DNA of 64,000 nt from Octopus sinensis. Taxonomy: Eukaryota. Shown piece after piece: positions 25,838 through 40,298 of the stretch. The stretch is taken from NCBI RefSeq assembly GCF_006345805.1, contig NC_042999.1, positions 169,384,001-169,448,000 of the forward strand, written 5' to 3'. Positions within the stretch are counted from its first letter, which is position 1. Each line of letters starts with the position of its first letter. The notes beneath the pieces were generated by a model. It was given only the letters and a program-made list of their open reading frames with translations. It made no database searches and had not been told where the DNA came from. The translations under genes were made by a program, and so were the position numbers.

Positions 25838-26663
25838 TTACTAGGAAATTTTAGCATAACAGGGTCTAAATATCAAGAATTCCAGCATAAACCATAAGTA
25901 CTTATTATCTAATTGAACATACAAGGAAAATAATATTAGATGAATATACTGGCTCTACAGAAAAACTAACATCATCAACAAATGAATAATAGTCATCACT
26001 AACAAATAACATGCCCCTTTAAAGAACAAATATGACCCTGTGAAATACTTAACAATACCAAGGTAATCCCATTCACCTTCTTGACCAGTACCACTCAGAA
26101 ATCCTGAACTCATAACATCTAAATAAATATTTGCTCCCTTCTCCTTACAGCTTGTAAAATCATTAATGTAACACCCTGTCAAGGTCGAGGTTAAATCAAA
26201 CAACGGCCACGAACGGATGGTGCTTAAGAACCACACATAAATCTCACAGAACCTTCTGATTGGTGTAAATTGGTAAATATCCCATAACTAAGCATTCAAT
26301 ACAACCAGGACACTAATGTAATTTTTGCTTGAAGAAATGAAGACACGTAATAATGGCTTCCCTTTAAATCCCTAGACATTGCAAATCATATTTGTAATGT
26401 CCGATGGATGGGGAATACAGCCATAAAAGACCTGTGCTTTGTGGAAACATGTAGCAAGGCATTAAAATATTTATGAATTTCCATCCAAAAGTTTTCATTA
26501 TTATTATATTTATCCTACACTATTGTGGCACCAGGCTTATAACTATTCTATAAAATTACTATCAAAGATGGGAATAATAAGTTGTAGCCAGGAAAAATAG
26601 CATAGAAACTCAAAAACATTTCTCATAAACTTAAAGGATATATACTCTTTTTCTTTCTTTTTT

Positions 26664-27062
26664 CTTTTTTACTTGTTTCAGTCAGTTGACCAGGGCCATG
26701 CTGGAGCATCGCCTTTAGTCAAGCAAATCGACCCCGGGACTTATTCTTTGTAAGCCCAGTGCTTATTCTATCGGTCTCTTTTGCCGAACTGCTAAGTAAC
26801 GGGGACGTAAACACACCAGCATCGGTTGTCAAGCAATGCTAGGAGGACAAACACAGACTCACAAACACACACACACATACATATATATATACATATATAC
26901 GACGGGCTTCTTTCAGTTTCCGTCTACCAAATCCACTCACAGGGCATTGGTCGGCCCGGGGCTATAGCAGAAGACACTTGCCCAAGATGCCACACAGTAG
27001 GACTGAACCCGGAACCATGTGGCTGGTTAGCAAGCTACTTATCACACAACCACTCCTGCGCC
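26664..27062 (-). mobile_element. tRNA-derived SINE family B, full length
   Basis: Reverse complement of the 39898 copy (ggcgcaggagtgg..gactgaaacaagtaaaa). Confidence 0.9.
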
Positions 27063-27438
27063 TATATATAAAATTATTTTTGGGAAGTGTATCTAAAAGC
27101 ACATGTAGAGCTAGAAATAATACCATGTAAATAATAGGAAATAATGGAATGAAAAACCTTTCTGGATAAAAGAAGTTGAAGGCTGCCCATATCAGCAATA
27201 CACACAGACACACACACAAACATATATAGGTACCTCAATCAAATAAACTCTCCTCATATTGCCCTCTTCCCACATTTCTCCAGCTGCAGCTCTACCCCCC
27301 CCCCCACCACCACCACCACTTGATAATGCTATACTTGCTAGCCATTTCTTCATTTACTAATATTGTTCTCTACACCCACAGGTTCCATAGGCTATCTTAA
27401 CCCTTTGAACATCAAAACATCTTTCCTCATACACTATA

Positions 27439-27492
<54 letters not shown>

Positions 27493-27589
27493 ACTCCCCC
27501 CTCTCTCTCTCAGCCAACCCAAACATGTCATCCCTCTCCTCCTCACTGTCAACTGTATCATCAATTCTACCAGTGATAAGATCAAGCTA

Positions 27590-28425
27590 GAGAAGGAGCA
27601 GGGCAAAGCGGCAACGTCTCACCAAAGTTGTGCCTGCAAGATACTGTCATCAACAAAATCCAAGGGGACAAAAAAGGCATCAGCATTGATGGAGAAAAAC
27701 TACATCACCCGGATTTTGTATATGATATCATCTTGACAGTGTATATACCTAAGGAACTGGAGGAAATGCTCACCAATATCCACACTACAAGCCAATCTGT
27801 CAGCCTCAACATGAACCTTGGAAGGACCAGAGTCATTTTCAACAAGCATGTTATGCCAGCATCCATCGGTGTAAACAGCAAGACCATAGAAGAGGTAGAC
27901 AGCTATGTTTACCTGAAAAGGATGGTGACAAAAGATGGAAATTTCCTCTGGGAAATCAAAAGAACAGCACTTGGTTGGGTTCCATGAAAATCTAAAGAAA
28001 GATCTTCAATAAGTACATCCTGCCTGTGATGATTTACTGCAGTGTAACTGAGGCTCTCAAGAACTACAATTATGAATGTCTTCATTGTAACCCAATGGAG
28101 AATGGAACAAATCATGCTCAGCATCACTTGTGGAACAAGTCAACCAACACCTGGATACAACAGCACATGAGAGGAGACAACATCTTAAGAACCATCAACA
28201 AGTACAAATATAGATGGGCTGACCACATAGCACAACTGAAGAACAACATATGGACAATCAGGGTGACAGAATGGAGACCAAGACAATGGACAAGATGAAA
28301 GCTGATCAAAAAGAAGGTGGCGAGATGATCTCATCCACTACTTTGGGCTTACCTAGCCATGATTGGCCAGAGACAGACTGGTGGAAGGAGGCCAAGGAGG
28401 AGTTTCTCCTTCAGGAGTGACGAAG
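27590..28425 (+). mobile_element. RTE-1/BovB-like LINE 3' fragment (different RTE lineage)
   Basis: ORFs GISIDGEKLHHPDFVYDIIL..SLNMNLGRTRVIFN..IEEVDSYVYL and KYKYRWADHIAQ..RVTEWRPR. Confidence 0.85.
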
Positions 28426-29416
28426 CTTTAGAATGGAGTGATTAGTAATGGGATGGACATTCAATTGAAAAAATAAAAGATGGTACTCTAAAAAGTAAAT
28501 CTCTTTTCATGCATGAAAAATGCATTTAAAACAGATTTAGAATATTACATTTTTCTTGACAGAGGTAAATGTCAGAGTTAAAAATCAGCAAAATAAACTA
28601 AGGTATGTTGTTGCTGGGGAATCAGCTGGTACACCTATACTGATTGTATATGTATTGTATTTAATCATATATAAGTCACTCCTCCAATTTAGTGTTAAGT
28701 CTTACTACAAGTCACACTATAGTTTTTTCAGTTAAAATCAAGTAGAAAACAGTATGACTTATATACCAGTAAATATAGTATCTGTGTAGGTGTCAGGAAT
28801 TAGTTATCTGGTGGTGTAATTTGATAATAGGTGCGCACAAAAAAAATTACATAATTCTAAGAAGCATAGAAATTTGTTAATTCTATGTTTAATCTTGTTT
28901 TAAGTTGTAAGTTGGGGATAACACAGAATCTATAATACCTGACTAATGTTAATAAGACCTAGGTCACATCAAAGCCAGAGCATTCAAAATGTAGTCATCT
29001 GGTGGTCAGGATCTTATGATCTCTCAATGATTTTAATTTGCAAAATATCTAAGAATAACCTTAAATTTTATTATCATTGTTTTTATATCCAATTTTTTAT
29101 GCTTGCAGGGGTTGGACAGGCTTCTAGGGTCCCATCTCTGCATTTGCTTTGTTTTGTTCCTCACCCCCTTCATGAGAGACCTCCGCAGATCAACTTACGT
29201 CACTTCTTCCTATGTTTCCCTTGGTCTTCATCAACCACAAGTCCTTCCACTTGGAGCAGTTGGCTCTTATTTAATCCATCTATCATCGTACATGTCCCGT
29301 GTCTATACCAGTGAAGTTCTCTGTAGCACACTATGTATAATTCCTTTTATATTCAGTGTTCTTGTTGTTGTTGCTGCTGACTGCAGGGTTTTTTCTTTGT
29401 TCTTTCTTTTACCTAG

Positions 29417-29641
29417 GTGAATGACCAAAGTTTACTTGGCACCAGCCATGCAGAAGCTGTGCAAACCCTACGGAGTGTCAGTGATGAAATCGAGATTCTT
29501 GTCTGCAGTGGTCATTCTGAAGAAAAGATACTGCCAGACGTTACTCCCTCTCCTCTTACACCTGTGTTGCACAAACCTGATTCCAATTCTATCTCAAACA
29601 TCAGCAACCAAAAAAATGATGACCCTCTTGTCAGCTCACAG
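29417..29641 (+). CDS. scrib: Scribble-like exon: PDZ4 C-half plus start of tail (VNDQSLLGTSHAEAVQTLRSVSDEIEILVCSG..SSQ)
   Basis: tttacctag|GTG..CAG|gtcagt; 225 nt, phase 0; VN.QSLLG.SH.EAV..LRSV....LVC.G matches Scribble PDZ4. Confidence 0.93.
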
Positions 29642-29714
29642 GTCAGTTAGCTTTTCATACATATATTTTTTTTTCTCACAAATATACATATTCTTTCTTT
29701 TTTCTTTTCTTTTT

Positions 29715-30115
29715 TTTTTTACTTGTTTCAGTCATTTGACTGTGGCCATGCTGGAGCACCACCTTTAGTCGAGCAACTCGACCCCAGGACTTATTCTTTG
29801 TAAGCCTAGTACTTATTCTATCGGTCTCTTTTGCCGAACCGCTAAGTGACGGGGACGTAAACACACCAGCATCAGTTGTCAAGCAATGCTAAGGAGACAA
29901 ACACAGACACACAAACACTTACACACACATACATATATATATATACATATATACAACAGGCTTCTTTCAGTTTCTGTCTACCAAGTCCACTCACAAGGCA
30001 TTGGTCGGCCCAGGGCTATAGCAGAAGACACTTGCCCAAGATGCCACACAGTGGGACTGAACCCGGAACCATGTGGTTGGTTAGCAAGCTACTTACCACA
30101 CAGCCACTCCTGCGC
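29715..30115 (-). mobile_element. SINE family B, full length
   Basis: Homologous to 26664, 39898, 40511, 46858. Confidence 0.9.
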
Positions 30116-30914
30116 ATATATGTACAAATGCATAAATATGTGTTAATAAGTTTCATTTCTTTCCTGTGATAAAGTCTATCCTAAACATTAGACTTCTCCT
30201 CATGAAAAATCATTTATTCTAATTTGCAAATATTTGTACTGACACAGGTCATCCTTAGCTTTCCTACTTCTACTGTTTTACATAATAAGTTTAATGTTAA
30301 AGTTTTTAAAAACTTAAATATGTTTCTTTATCATTCGAATAAAGCTTTTCAAGCATATCATGTAACTTTAAATCTTTAGTTTTGGTTGAGCTATCACCAA
30401 GGAATCAAGGAAAGAACCACTGTAAACTTAGGGAATATACACATTGCTCTATTCATCATTCAACCGAGGTAGTAAATAAATATAATCGCTACTCTACAAT
30501 TGAGTGATTAATGTTAAAAATGGCAGAACCCCCGATAGTAAATCTTATTTCAAAACTTTGTGCTGACAGTTTAAAAATATAAACTGATCAAATATAGTCT
30601 AGCATGCAAAAATAGACGTTTCTTTAGGTTGAATTTAATTTACAGAGTGCTCATGCAGACCCTCATACAACAGATGGCATTTTAGTGCTTCGCTGTCATT
30701 GCTTATTTTATTTAAGCCATTTAAAGACCTGTTATTTGTCAAATATTTTGACTTTATGAGATAAAACACAAAGCCATTTTCTTCTTTGCATATTAACTTC
30801 ACATGAGGCAAGTTGACAGCCTCTGGTTTCTCTTTCCAAGGATGTTAAGGAAACAGCAAACCTAGATCAGAATTGGCTCACTTGTCAGCTGTCTTAAACC
30901 ACAAGCTGCATTAC

Positions 30915-31257
30915 CATCATCATCATCATCATCATCGTTTAGCGTCCGCTTTCCATGCTAGCATGGGTTGGACGGGTCAACTGGGGTCTGTGAAGCTGGA
31001 AGGCTTCGTCAGGCCCAGTTAGATCTGGCAGTGTTTCTACGGCTGGATGCCCTTCCTAACGCCAACCACTCCGTGAGTGTAGTGGGTGTTTTTTATGTGC
31101 CACCTGCACAGGTGCCAGACAGAGCTGGCAAACGGCCACGAACGGACGGTGCTTTTACGTGTCACCGGCACGGGGGCCAGCCGAGGCTGGCAACGAACAC
31201 GAACGGATGGTGCTTTTACATGCCACCGACACGGGGCCAGACGGAGCTGGCAAATGA
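30915..31257 (-). mobile_element. RTE 3'-end copy
   Basis: (CAT)n tail, core and two repeat units. Confidence 0.9.
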
Positions 31258-31503
31258 AAATCGTTTGCTGATCTCTATTTCTGCAAGTTTAAAAATATGT
31301 ATGTAAACTAGTAACTACTAAAACAATTACCTTATAACAAGTTTGTTTGATAATCTCAAAACAGTGGCAAGTGCTTAAACAGAACCATTCTTCAATCAGG
31401 TCTGCGTCCATCTGTATTTTTTGAAGCATTTTTATATAATTAATGTTTTTTTTTAAATTTAATAATCAATAATTTCTAATTTAAGAAATCTATTTTCAAA
31501 TAT

Positions 31504-31705
31504 TGTGCGGGTGGCACGTAAAAAGCACCCACTACACTCTCGGAGTGGTTGGCGTTAGGAAGGGCATCCAGCCGTAGAAACACTGCCAGATTTGACTGGG
31601 CCTGATGAAGCCTTCTGGCTTCACAGACCCCAGTAGAACCGTCCAACCCATGCTAGCATGGAAAACGGACGCTAAACGATGATGATGATGATGATGATGA
31701 TGATG
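31504..31705 (+). mobile_element. RTE 3'-end copy, inverted relative to 30915
   Basis: Core plus (GAT)n tail. Confidence 0.9.
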
Positions 31706-32769
31706 TGACTGCATTATAAACTTTCTCTAAAAACCTTTTTTTAAATAGGCTATGTGATTAAGAAATCCCAACCACTTGGTTTTGTGTTCATTCCCACTAC
31801 ATGGTACCTTGGACAAATGTCCATTAATGTAGCCCCAAAGCCTTGTGAGTGAACTTTGTAGATAGTACCCAAAAGAAGACCATCATATAAATGTGTGTGT
31901 GTGTGTGCTTGCTTGGGTGGGTTTTCATTTCTCTTGTCTACATATCTGATTGATAATTGATTGTAAGCAATGACTTCTTTAACAGGATAGTTTGCTTGCA
32001 GGAAAGTACACCTAGACTTCATGATAAATCTTGAGATGCTGCAGTGTTATTTATTTCAGGTTCTCCATGTACACATGTCTGAGCAGTTTGTTGCTTGATT
32101 GACAGAGAAATCAGTACCTCACTTGGGAATAAGTGAAGAAACTTTGCTTCAACATACTCCTGATTGACCCATTCAAACATGGAAAAGTAGATATGAAATG
32201 ATGACAATGACTGATAAATCATCATCATCATTTAACATACCCATTTCCATGTATGGGTCTGACAGAATTTGTTGAGGCAGATTTTCTACAGCTGGATGCT
32301 CTTCCTGTCGCCAACCATCACCATTTATCAAACAAAGTAATATTTCGCCATAGCTAGATATGTTTTTCATGTAAGATGGGAAACACACAACCTTGCTGAT
32401 ACAAAAGTGATGCTCAGTTACAATCATCATATGATGTTTACAGTACATGCACGCATGTACAAACATACTCTCTCTATATATATATATACAACAGGCTTCT
32501 TTTAGTTTCCATTTAACAAATCCACTCAGAAGGCTTTAACAAATCCACTCAGAAGCCTCACTCAGCAGAAATCCAAGTGTCTTCTGCTATTGCAGAAGAC
32601 ATTTACCCAGGGTGCTACACAGTGCAACAGAACCCAAGATCACGTGATTAGGAAGCAAGTTTCTTAACCACTCGACCATGCCCATGCCTATATATAATTA
32701 TATACTCAATGTTGTTATACAGCTCAAGTTTCCATATATATCTTCATAGAGCAAACCATATTTTCTCCA

Positions 32770-34310
32770 CCCAGAAACAGTAACATCTTAGGCCTCTACT
32801 TCAATGTGGAACTTATCCACATTGTGAAGATATCATCAGCAATTTTCTCAGACCACAACATGATAGAATTATCAATATATAGTCCAGAATTAGTTAAACA
32901 TGTCTTCTATATAGATGGCAACTGAATCCCAACGCAGTCTGAACTTCTACAAGGCTAACAGGAAGTCACTTGAAAAAGTCTCTCTTAAAAGTCTCTCTTT
33001 GCAAGACATTGATATGAATTCTTATCAATAATGCAAGCCATATGCATTAAATTTGTCCCAGAGAAGAGAGCCAGTACATACAAAAACAACATTCCCTGAG
33101 GCAGGAGAGACCTTATGAAATGGAGAATAACGATCTCAAATTGCTTAAATTAACAACTTAATTATAGCAAGAAATTCTTCCTCAAAAAGTCACTCTAAGA
33201 GATTGAAAACAAACCCAGCCTCTCTCAAGAAAAAGCAAGGGAAATATATATTTAAATCTTTAAGCCTGCCACAAATTTGTGAAAGAGTCTGTCTCAGTGC
33301 ATACAAGATAATGCCACTGTTTGTAGAAGATGGTTTACTAACTGCCGATCCCAGGATATGTGACACACTAAATAAACAATTCCAAAGTGTCTTCACCTCT
33401 CCACTGGGAACTATATAAATAAGTAAATGGGAAAGAAGTAACCAAAGATTACATTGACATAAAGGAGGAAGATGTAATATTGGCTATTGACGAGAGGAAC
33501 TCAAACTCAGCCATGGGCCAAGATGGATTTCCAGCTGTTCTTTGAATGATGTGTGCAAGAAAGTTCCTGCAAAACCACTGCAGATACTTTTTCAGAGTTT
33601 CCTTGCATGTGGTAAACTTCCCGAAATGTTAAAAGAAGGTATGATATACCTTCTACATAGAGGAGAAAGCAGAGATGCTAAGGATTACAGGCCTTTCTCT
33701 TTGACCTCACATGTTAGCAAGGTCATGGAACACATTTTCAGAAGGCGGCTGATCCTGTTCCTGGAAGAAAATAACTTGCTCATAAAGATGTACCATGGCT
33801 TCTGTCCAGGAAGGGGCTAACTCACACGGCTACTACAGTATTATCACTGGGTATTGAGACAGCAGCTCAACTGGTCAAATGGTCTTTGACAAAGTTGATC
33901 ATAGGATGATATGTCACATACTGCATGACTTTTTAAAAAGCAGAAATCAGAAGTTGCAGCCAGTTGTCTTCTCTCTGGAGAGTCCTTTCAAGGGACCACC
34001 ACTACTGAGTGTGATAGCTCTGTCAACATGTTCTCAGGCATACAGCTAGCCACTCTCTCCAGCTATGCTGATGACACAAAAGTACATAGGTAGTCAAGAA
34101 CCCTAGTGACATCCTAAAACTGAATACCTGAATGCAATATACAAATGGGATGAGGAAAATAACATGCACTGCAATGCTGAGAGGTTCCAAGCATGCCCAC
34201 TATCACTCACAAACAGACTACAATTGGAATACATAGGACTGGTGAGTAGTGCAATCTCCAAGTCAAAGTGTGTGAGTAATGATGCAACATTCCATATTAC
34301 CAAGACAGTA
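32770..34310 (+). mobile_element. Decayed CR1/Jockey-like LINE (APE C-terminus and RT)
   Basis: FSDHNMIE endonuclease motif; AMGQDGFP..KPLQILFQSFL..DYRPFSLTSHVSKVME..HGFCPGR; YADDTK. Confidence 0.85.
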
Positions 34311-35004
34311 ACACTGGGTAGCTGGCTGGATTCGAATATTATTCAGAACTTGGAGGAAGGTTACCATGCTACACTCAATCATCTGGATTATTACTGCTCC
34401 CAATTGTTCTGCCACAAATTTTATGCTCTCCAGTGGTCACTGGGGAACATAAAATTTGTGGCAGAACTTAAGTAAATGGTAAAGCTTTGTTAAGCTATGC
34501 TTAAAGATAATCACAAACAGGAGTGTCAAAGTATCATTCATTCATCGAGCAGCAATGTCCGAAGCTAGCTAAGCTAAGAATTTCTCATTTCATTTCTTGA
34601 CCACTCGTACTACGTTCGCTACTAACACTTAAAATGTATTTTCTATTTACTAATCTGTTTGTTGATTCTTTTCGTGAGCTAAGCAGTTGATATTGTCTCC
34701 CAAAAATATAATCTTTTCATTTTTAGTCCTATCTCGTAATAATTCGTCCTTATGTGCTGATAATTTCTTTCTTTCTTTCTTTCTTTCTTTCTCTACTTTG
34801 TTCCTTTCTCCGTGTTACTTTGTCCTTTGCTCGCTCTCTACGATAATTTGTTCGTTGTCTATGACATTGTTTCTTCAAACCCCATTTGCCTAATTCTTCT
34901 CTTTCCATATATCTGCCGCTCTCTCCTGAATCAAAACTTCGCCATTTGCGGTGCACCTGCCCTTTCCCACCCCCACCACCAATACCGGATATCTCTCTAT
35001 ATCT

Positions 35005-35292
35005 CATCCGAGCGTGGCCATCCGCCAGCCTCGTCTGGCACCTGTGTCGGTGGCACATAAAAAACACCATCCGAGCGTGACCGTCTGCCAACCTCGTCTG
35101 GCACCTGTGTCGGTGGCACATAAAATCACCCACTACACTCTCGGAGTGGTTGGCGTTAGGAAGGGCATCCAGCTGTAGAAACACTGCCAGATCTGACTGG
35201 CCTGGTGCAGCCTTCTGGCTTGCCAGACCCCAGTTAAACCGTCCAACCCATGCTAGCATGGAAAGCGGACGTTAAACGATGATGATGATGAT
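35005..35292 (+). mobile_element. RTE 3'-end copy
   Basis: Repeat units, core and (GAT)n tail; nearly identical to 61992 and 6830. Confidence 0.9.
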
Positions 35293-35989
35293 TTACTCCA
35301 TCTACACCAGATATCCCTTCTCCCACCACCATTATGTGTGTCTACTCCTCGAACCCCTCCTCCTCAATACGCTATTTCACTATGTATTACCCCTGCTTTT
35401 CTTCCCCTCCTTCCAGTCCCCTCCCTCACTCGTGATATCCTGCGTTTCATTCTGTCTAGAACCTGCCACCACCCCTACCTGTCATCGTTTCTCCTAACAC
35501 CCCTCCCCACTGGTGCTCCCCTATATTACCTGCTCTCTCTCCCCCCACTTTCTCTCCCTCTCTCTCTTCTCCCTGCTGGAACCCCCACCCCACCCCCAGC
35601 CCATCTCTAGAATATCCATGTTTCTGTTAATTTAGGATCTTTCCTTTCTACAAATGTCCAAAGAATAACACCTCCTTCAGGAGGAATATGGAAAAATACT
35701 TCAATAACTAAGTTCTTCCCCAAATTGAATGTCTGAAAATATCTCTATCATAAGTTGTACTAGATGGAGGATCAAATTTGTAAAGTAAATTGTATTAAAT
35801 ACACACACACACACAGTTCTACACATATGTACATAAATAAAAACAATCTCTAATCCACATTCTCCATCCCATGTAAGCGAATCAAACATTGGATTGAAAG
35901 AACTGAATAGTGGGATAAATATCAACACAATTATTTCTTCTTCCTCTTTTTCTTCTTTCTTCTCTTCTTCAACGACACCTCTTCCAGAT

Positions 35990-36012
35990 TCACAGGCACC
36001 CCCCACTCACGC

Positions 36013-36058
<46 letters not shown>

Positions 36059-36402
36059 CTTCACAAAACAATAATAGAAAGAAATCCAGACAATTCTTTT
36101 TTGAAATGGCCAATTCCTAAAACCCAAAAATCCTTTACAGTTGCAAAAATATAAACAAAAGTGGCATTCTTGACCATTGCTAAAAGCCAGTGACTGGTTA
36201 TTTTTAACAACTTGACCATTCCTCCTTAACACTTCTTTCAGATACAAAAACACAAACACATACACACACACAAACACACACACACACACTTTCTAACAAG
36301 ACAATGATAAAAAGGAAATACAATTACGGTCTTCTTTCTCTCCCTTTTCTTCCTTTCCTTCTTTTTCTTTAATACCCCTTTCAGATCAAACACACACACA
36401 CA

Positions 36403-36438
<36 letters not shown>

Positions 36439-36720
36439 AGACAATGATAAAAAAGAAATCCAGACAAATTTTGAAAAATACACTTTACCCCCCTTGCAGA
36501 AAACATCCTGACCAGCTACAAAAGAGACCAACAAAACAATTCTTTTCTTCTTTCTCTCCCTTTTCTTCCTTTCCTTCTTTTTCTTTAACACTGCCTTCAG
36601 ATACAAAACACACACACATACACATACACACGCGCACATACACACACACACATGCTCTCTCTCACTTACTCCCCATCCATCACCCTCTTGTATTATCTCA
36701 TATCCCTCTCCAACACTACA
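35990..36720. repeat. Mosaic of local duplications with (CA)n/(CT)n
   Basis: Blocks ttcagatacaaaa(ac)n, agacaatgataaaaa and ctttctctcccttttcttcctttccttctttttctttaa each recur 2-3 times. Confidence 0.8.
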
Positions 36721-36944
36721 CACTCAATAACACTATAAAAATGGTCAAATTTTCCACAAGAACTTAGTTCAATTTGAAAACTCCACTAGAATGAGCGAAA
36801 GCGCTAATATATGATATGTGATATATGTTATATGATGTATAAAAACATGTGTTATACAAGTAAATATCTGTAAATATAAAACCATCCGAATTTCTGAGTA
36901 CCTCATTCCTTTAATATAAAATACCTGTACATCATCTCCAAACC

Positions 36945-38264
36945 TTCTAATGTATATATATATATATATATATTATATATAAAACTTCCTAATGGGGGCC
37001 TTAACTCCCAAATTTTAGTCATTTCTTTTATGATTCAAAAATAGGTCAAAAGTACTGAATGGATCTTTAGGAAATTTGGAAATTATATTCTATGCACAAG
37101 GGCCATAAACCCCATGACAATTCATATATTTTTGCTGTTGATGAAATTTTAACCATAGATATTAGACACAAATGAAGTAATATTTATAAAATTTCATCTT
37201 CTTACAAGTTACAAAGACCCCTCCATGGAGACTTAGCACCAAAAATTTTGTCATTTTATTTAAGCAAAGATGAATACAGTTATGCCCTTGGAAGCTGTAG
37301 GGTTACCGAGCATAAAAGATGAGCATTATTTGTAATTCAATGGTACAGCAGTGTAACAGTTTGCTTTGACATACACTTACATTGTGATTTCTGCAATGTG
37401 GTGCATAAATTCCGTTGCAAAGTGTTGAGTAAAGTTATTTGATTGCAGACCTCCTTTCAGTCTTTTTATTATCACTGGGTCACACATAGTCCCCAGATAG
37501 TAACATTGTTTTCAAGGCCTTCCCAGATGAGTGACTGGTTATTCAAAGACACTTATAGATTGTAAATTTATTCTGCACAGTTACGTATCAGTATAGTGGT
37601 CATTTGCAAACTCCAGAGGAGACACTTTCATTTCTCCTTAGCCCCCACGTCACACAGTTGTTAATGTTTATTTCAGTTGGGTCATGCCCTTCCAATTGCT
37701 ATAGATTCTTAATGCATCTTACGGCTGTGCCTGTCACCTGGATGGTGAGGAATCCTACATTGGGAGTTCTTAATGACTAGGGTAGGGTAGCTGACTGCTT
37801 ATTGTGATCATTCATCTTTTGGTTTCCTGTAGCTTTGTTCTCTTTTATAAACCCAGTGAACATATATTTCCTATTTCAAAGAAATTCAAACAATAGATAT
37901 AAGACCCAAGTTAAACAGATTCTCAACAATTCAAATTCTCTGGTTGACATTAAGGCACCCACCCCCAACAGGGGTCTTAACTCTCACATTTTAGAGCTCC
38001 ATGACCTTAATTTTTCAGGTGCAAAATCCTTTTAACAGGTTCAATAAGACTGGAATTTTGGAATATGCACATAAAAATCAGTAGTAAGGGATACATGTGG
38101 CATGATTACAATTTTTTAAGGGTGTGTAAAGAGGGAAATAACCCTCATCTGCAATTTTGATGAAATTCGAAACATAGATATTCCAGTTCATTACAGAAAA
38201 TATAACAGAAAAGTCGAATTGTTCAATTGCATATAATACAGGCAACGCCGGGTATCTCTGCTAG
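36945..38264 (+). mobile_element. Possible longer non-autonomous Helitron
   Basis: Ends ggcaacgccgggtatctctgCTAG, like the family E 3' terminus; 5' boundary only guessed from a (TA)n-tataaaa motif. Confidence 0.45.
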
Positions 38265-39238
38265 CCTCTTCTAAACAGCATCTTTCTCTTCCTCACATTT
38301 CCTCTTCATAAACTATGATTGTCTTTCATGCCCCACCTCTCTCTGAAGATGCAGCATCAACTACAACCACCTATTTTTCTCCCCTATTTTTATGGTAGTT
38401 ATCAGAAGAGCAACAGATGCCACAGACACAGCTGAGGAACGAAATCAGTGATCAAACCATTCCTCCAGTGAGTTACCTTTGTTATTTTTTCTTCATCCTT
38501 ACCAGTTTTGATATCAACATTATTGTTAGTAACAACTTCATTATGCCATTACCATCATCTGTTTTATTATTACCCACTAGGGGCGAACATAGAGGGGACA
38601 ATACAATCTGATGTGGGGTCAGATCCATGAATGGGATTACAAAAAGATGAATTTAAAAATTTACAAAAAATACAAAATATGAATAAATCGAAGAAATCGA
38701 ATGAAGAACAGACCGGAAGACATTACGGATGGAGTGGGAGCGGGTTTAGCTCGGACCCCACGAGCCCTACTTCCCCACTGATACTTTGGTTTCGTCTATT
38801 TTTACATTTATGTGGTATCATCCACTCACAACTTTATGCCATTACCATCATCATTTACTTCTTACCACTGTGCTGGATGTGTATGGCTTAGTGGTTAGGC
38901 TGTGGTCTTGAGATTGTGGTTTCATTTCCTGGACTGAGCAATGCATTGTATTCTTGAGCAAAACACTTCATTTCATATTGCTCCAGCTGTTAAAAATGAG
39001 TAATCCTGTGACAGACCATTGTTCTGTCTTATTGGGGAATATATACACCATAGAATCTGGAATACCTGCTTTATGGCTCAGTAAGGATCTTCGATCCTTT
39101 TGACTGAGCTGGGTGGCATGAGCAATTTCAAAAGATTTTTCAACTCTCACTCACTCATTCTCTCTCTCTTCACAACATTTGTCTGGTTGTCTATCTACTG
39201 AATTTTACTGTGTTTCATGCATTTTTTGCATTATACAG

Positions 39239-39328
39239 GTAGAAAGTGTTACTCTAGAAACTGCCTCTGTAACCCTTAGAATGCCAGATGTCGGCCCCAT
39301 TATTCAACGGGCACAAATTCCTAATTTA
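39239..39328 (+). CDS. scrib: Scribble-like tail exon (VESVTLETASVTLRMPDVGPIIQRAQIPNL)
   Basis: ttttgcattatacag|GTA..TTA|gtgagt; 90 nt, open, phase 0; no homology support beyond splice signals and frame. Confidence 0.7.
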
Positions 39329-39897
39329 GTGAGTATTTCTTTCTTTTCCTTTTAATTTTATCATTTTCCCCTTTTTAACTTTTACTATTTTATTATTAGT
39401 TGAGAGTAGTTTGGACTACTGCTAAAATATCCACATTTTCAAATCTCTATGAAATGATAGCAAATTTTAGTTTGATCGAGGAATGGACAAGCAAAAAGTC
39501 TGTGTGAAATTCCAAAGACAAAATATATATTTATCATTTACAAAAATGTTGTTGTTACAATAAATGATAGAAAACAGGTGTTTGACCCAAGTGAATCAGT
39601 CATGTGTGTCCGTGAGTCAGTTTGTGTGTGTCTGCAATAACAGTAGCTCTGAGTTCTGTATCATAACCACTGACTAGCTAGTAGGTCTGTGTATATACAT
39701 ATATACATACATGCAAACGTCTGTCAAAGAAAAGGCTCCAAAGACAAAATTGTTAATTGTTATGTTGTTTGTCCCAAAAATGTTTGTTTACAACACTGGG
39801 ATTCTAATGAGTTAAATATCTGCTGATTCTATTGTCTTTTCACTGGTCAAACGTTTTTGATGCATTTATCAGAAAGTTGATAATGTTATCAATCCTA

Positions 39898-40298
39898 GGC
39901 GCAGGAGTGGCTGTGTGGCAAGTAGCTTGTTTACCAACCACATGGTTCCGGGTTCAGTCCCACTGCGTGTCATCTTGGGCAAATGTCTTCTGCTATAGCC
40001 CCGGGCCGACCAATGCCTTGTGAGTGGATTTGGTAGACGGAAACTGAAAGAAGCCTGTCGTATATATGTATATATATATGTATGTGTGTGTGTGTTTGTG
40101 TGTCTGTGTTTGTCCCCCTAGCGTTGCTTGACAACCGATGCTGGTGTGTTTACGTCCCCGTCACTTAGCGGTTCGGCAAAAGAGACCGATAGAATAAGTA
40201 CTGGGCTTACAAAGAATAAGTCCCGGGGTCGATTTGCTCGACTAAAGGCGGTGCTCTAGCATGGCTGCAGTCAAATGACTGAAACAAGTAAAAGAGTA
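39898..40298 (+). mobile_element. SINE family B, full length
   Basis: tRNA-like head ggcgcaggagtggctgtgtgg..ggttcagtccc, internal (TA)/(TG) tract, tail gaaacaagtaaaagagta. Confidence 0.92.

Noticed and set aside
26290-26400. Weak RT-like words (QDTNVIFA, NNGFPLNP) suggesting an ancient LINE
   Set aside because: Too degraded to support by eye.
34750-35259. Longest ORF in the track (169 aa, minus strand)
   Set aside because: Antisense reading of an RTE-end copy running into purine-rich low-complexity sequence; no domain or splice support.
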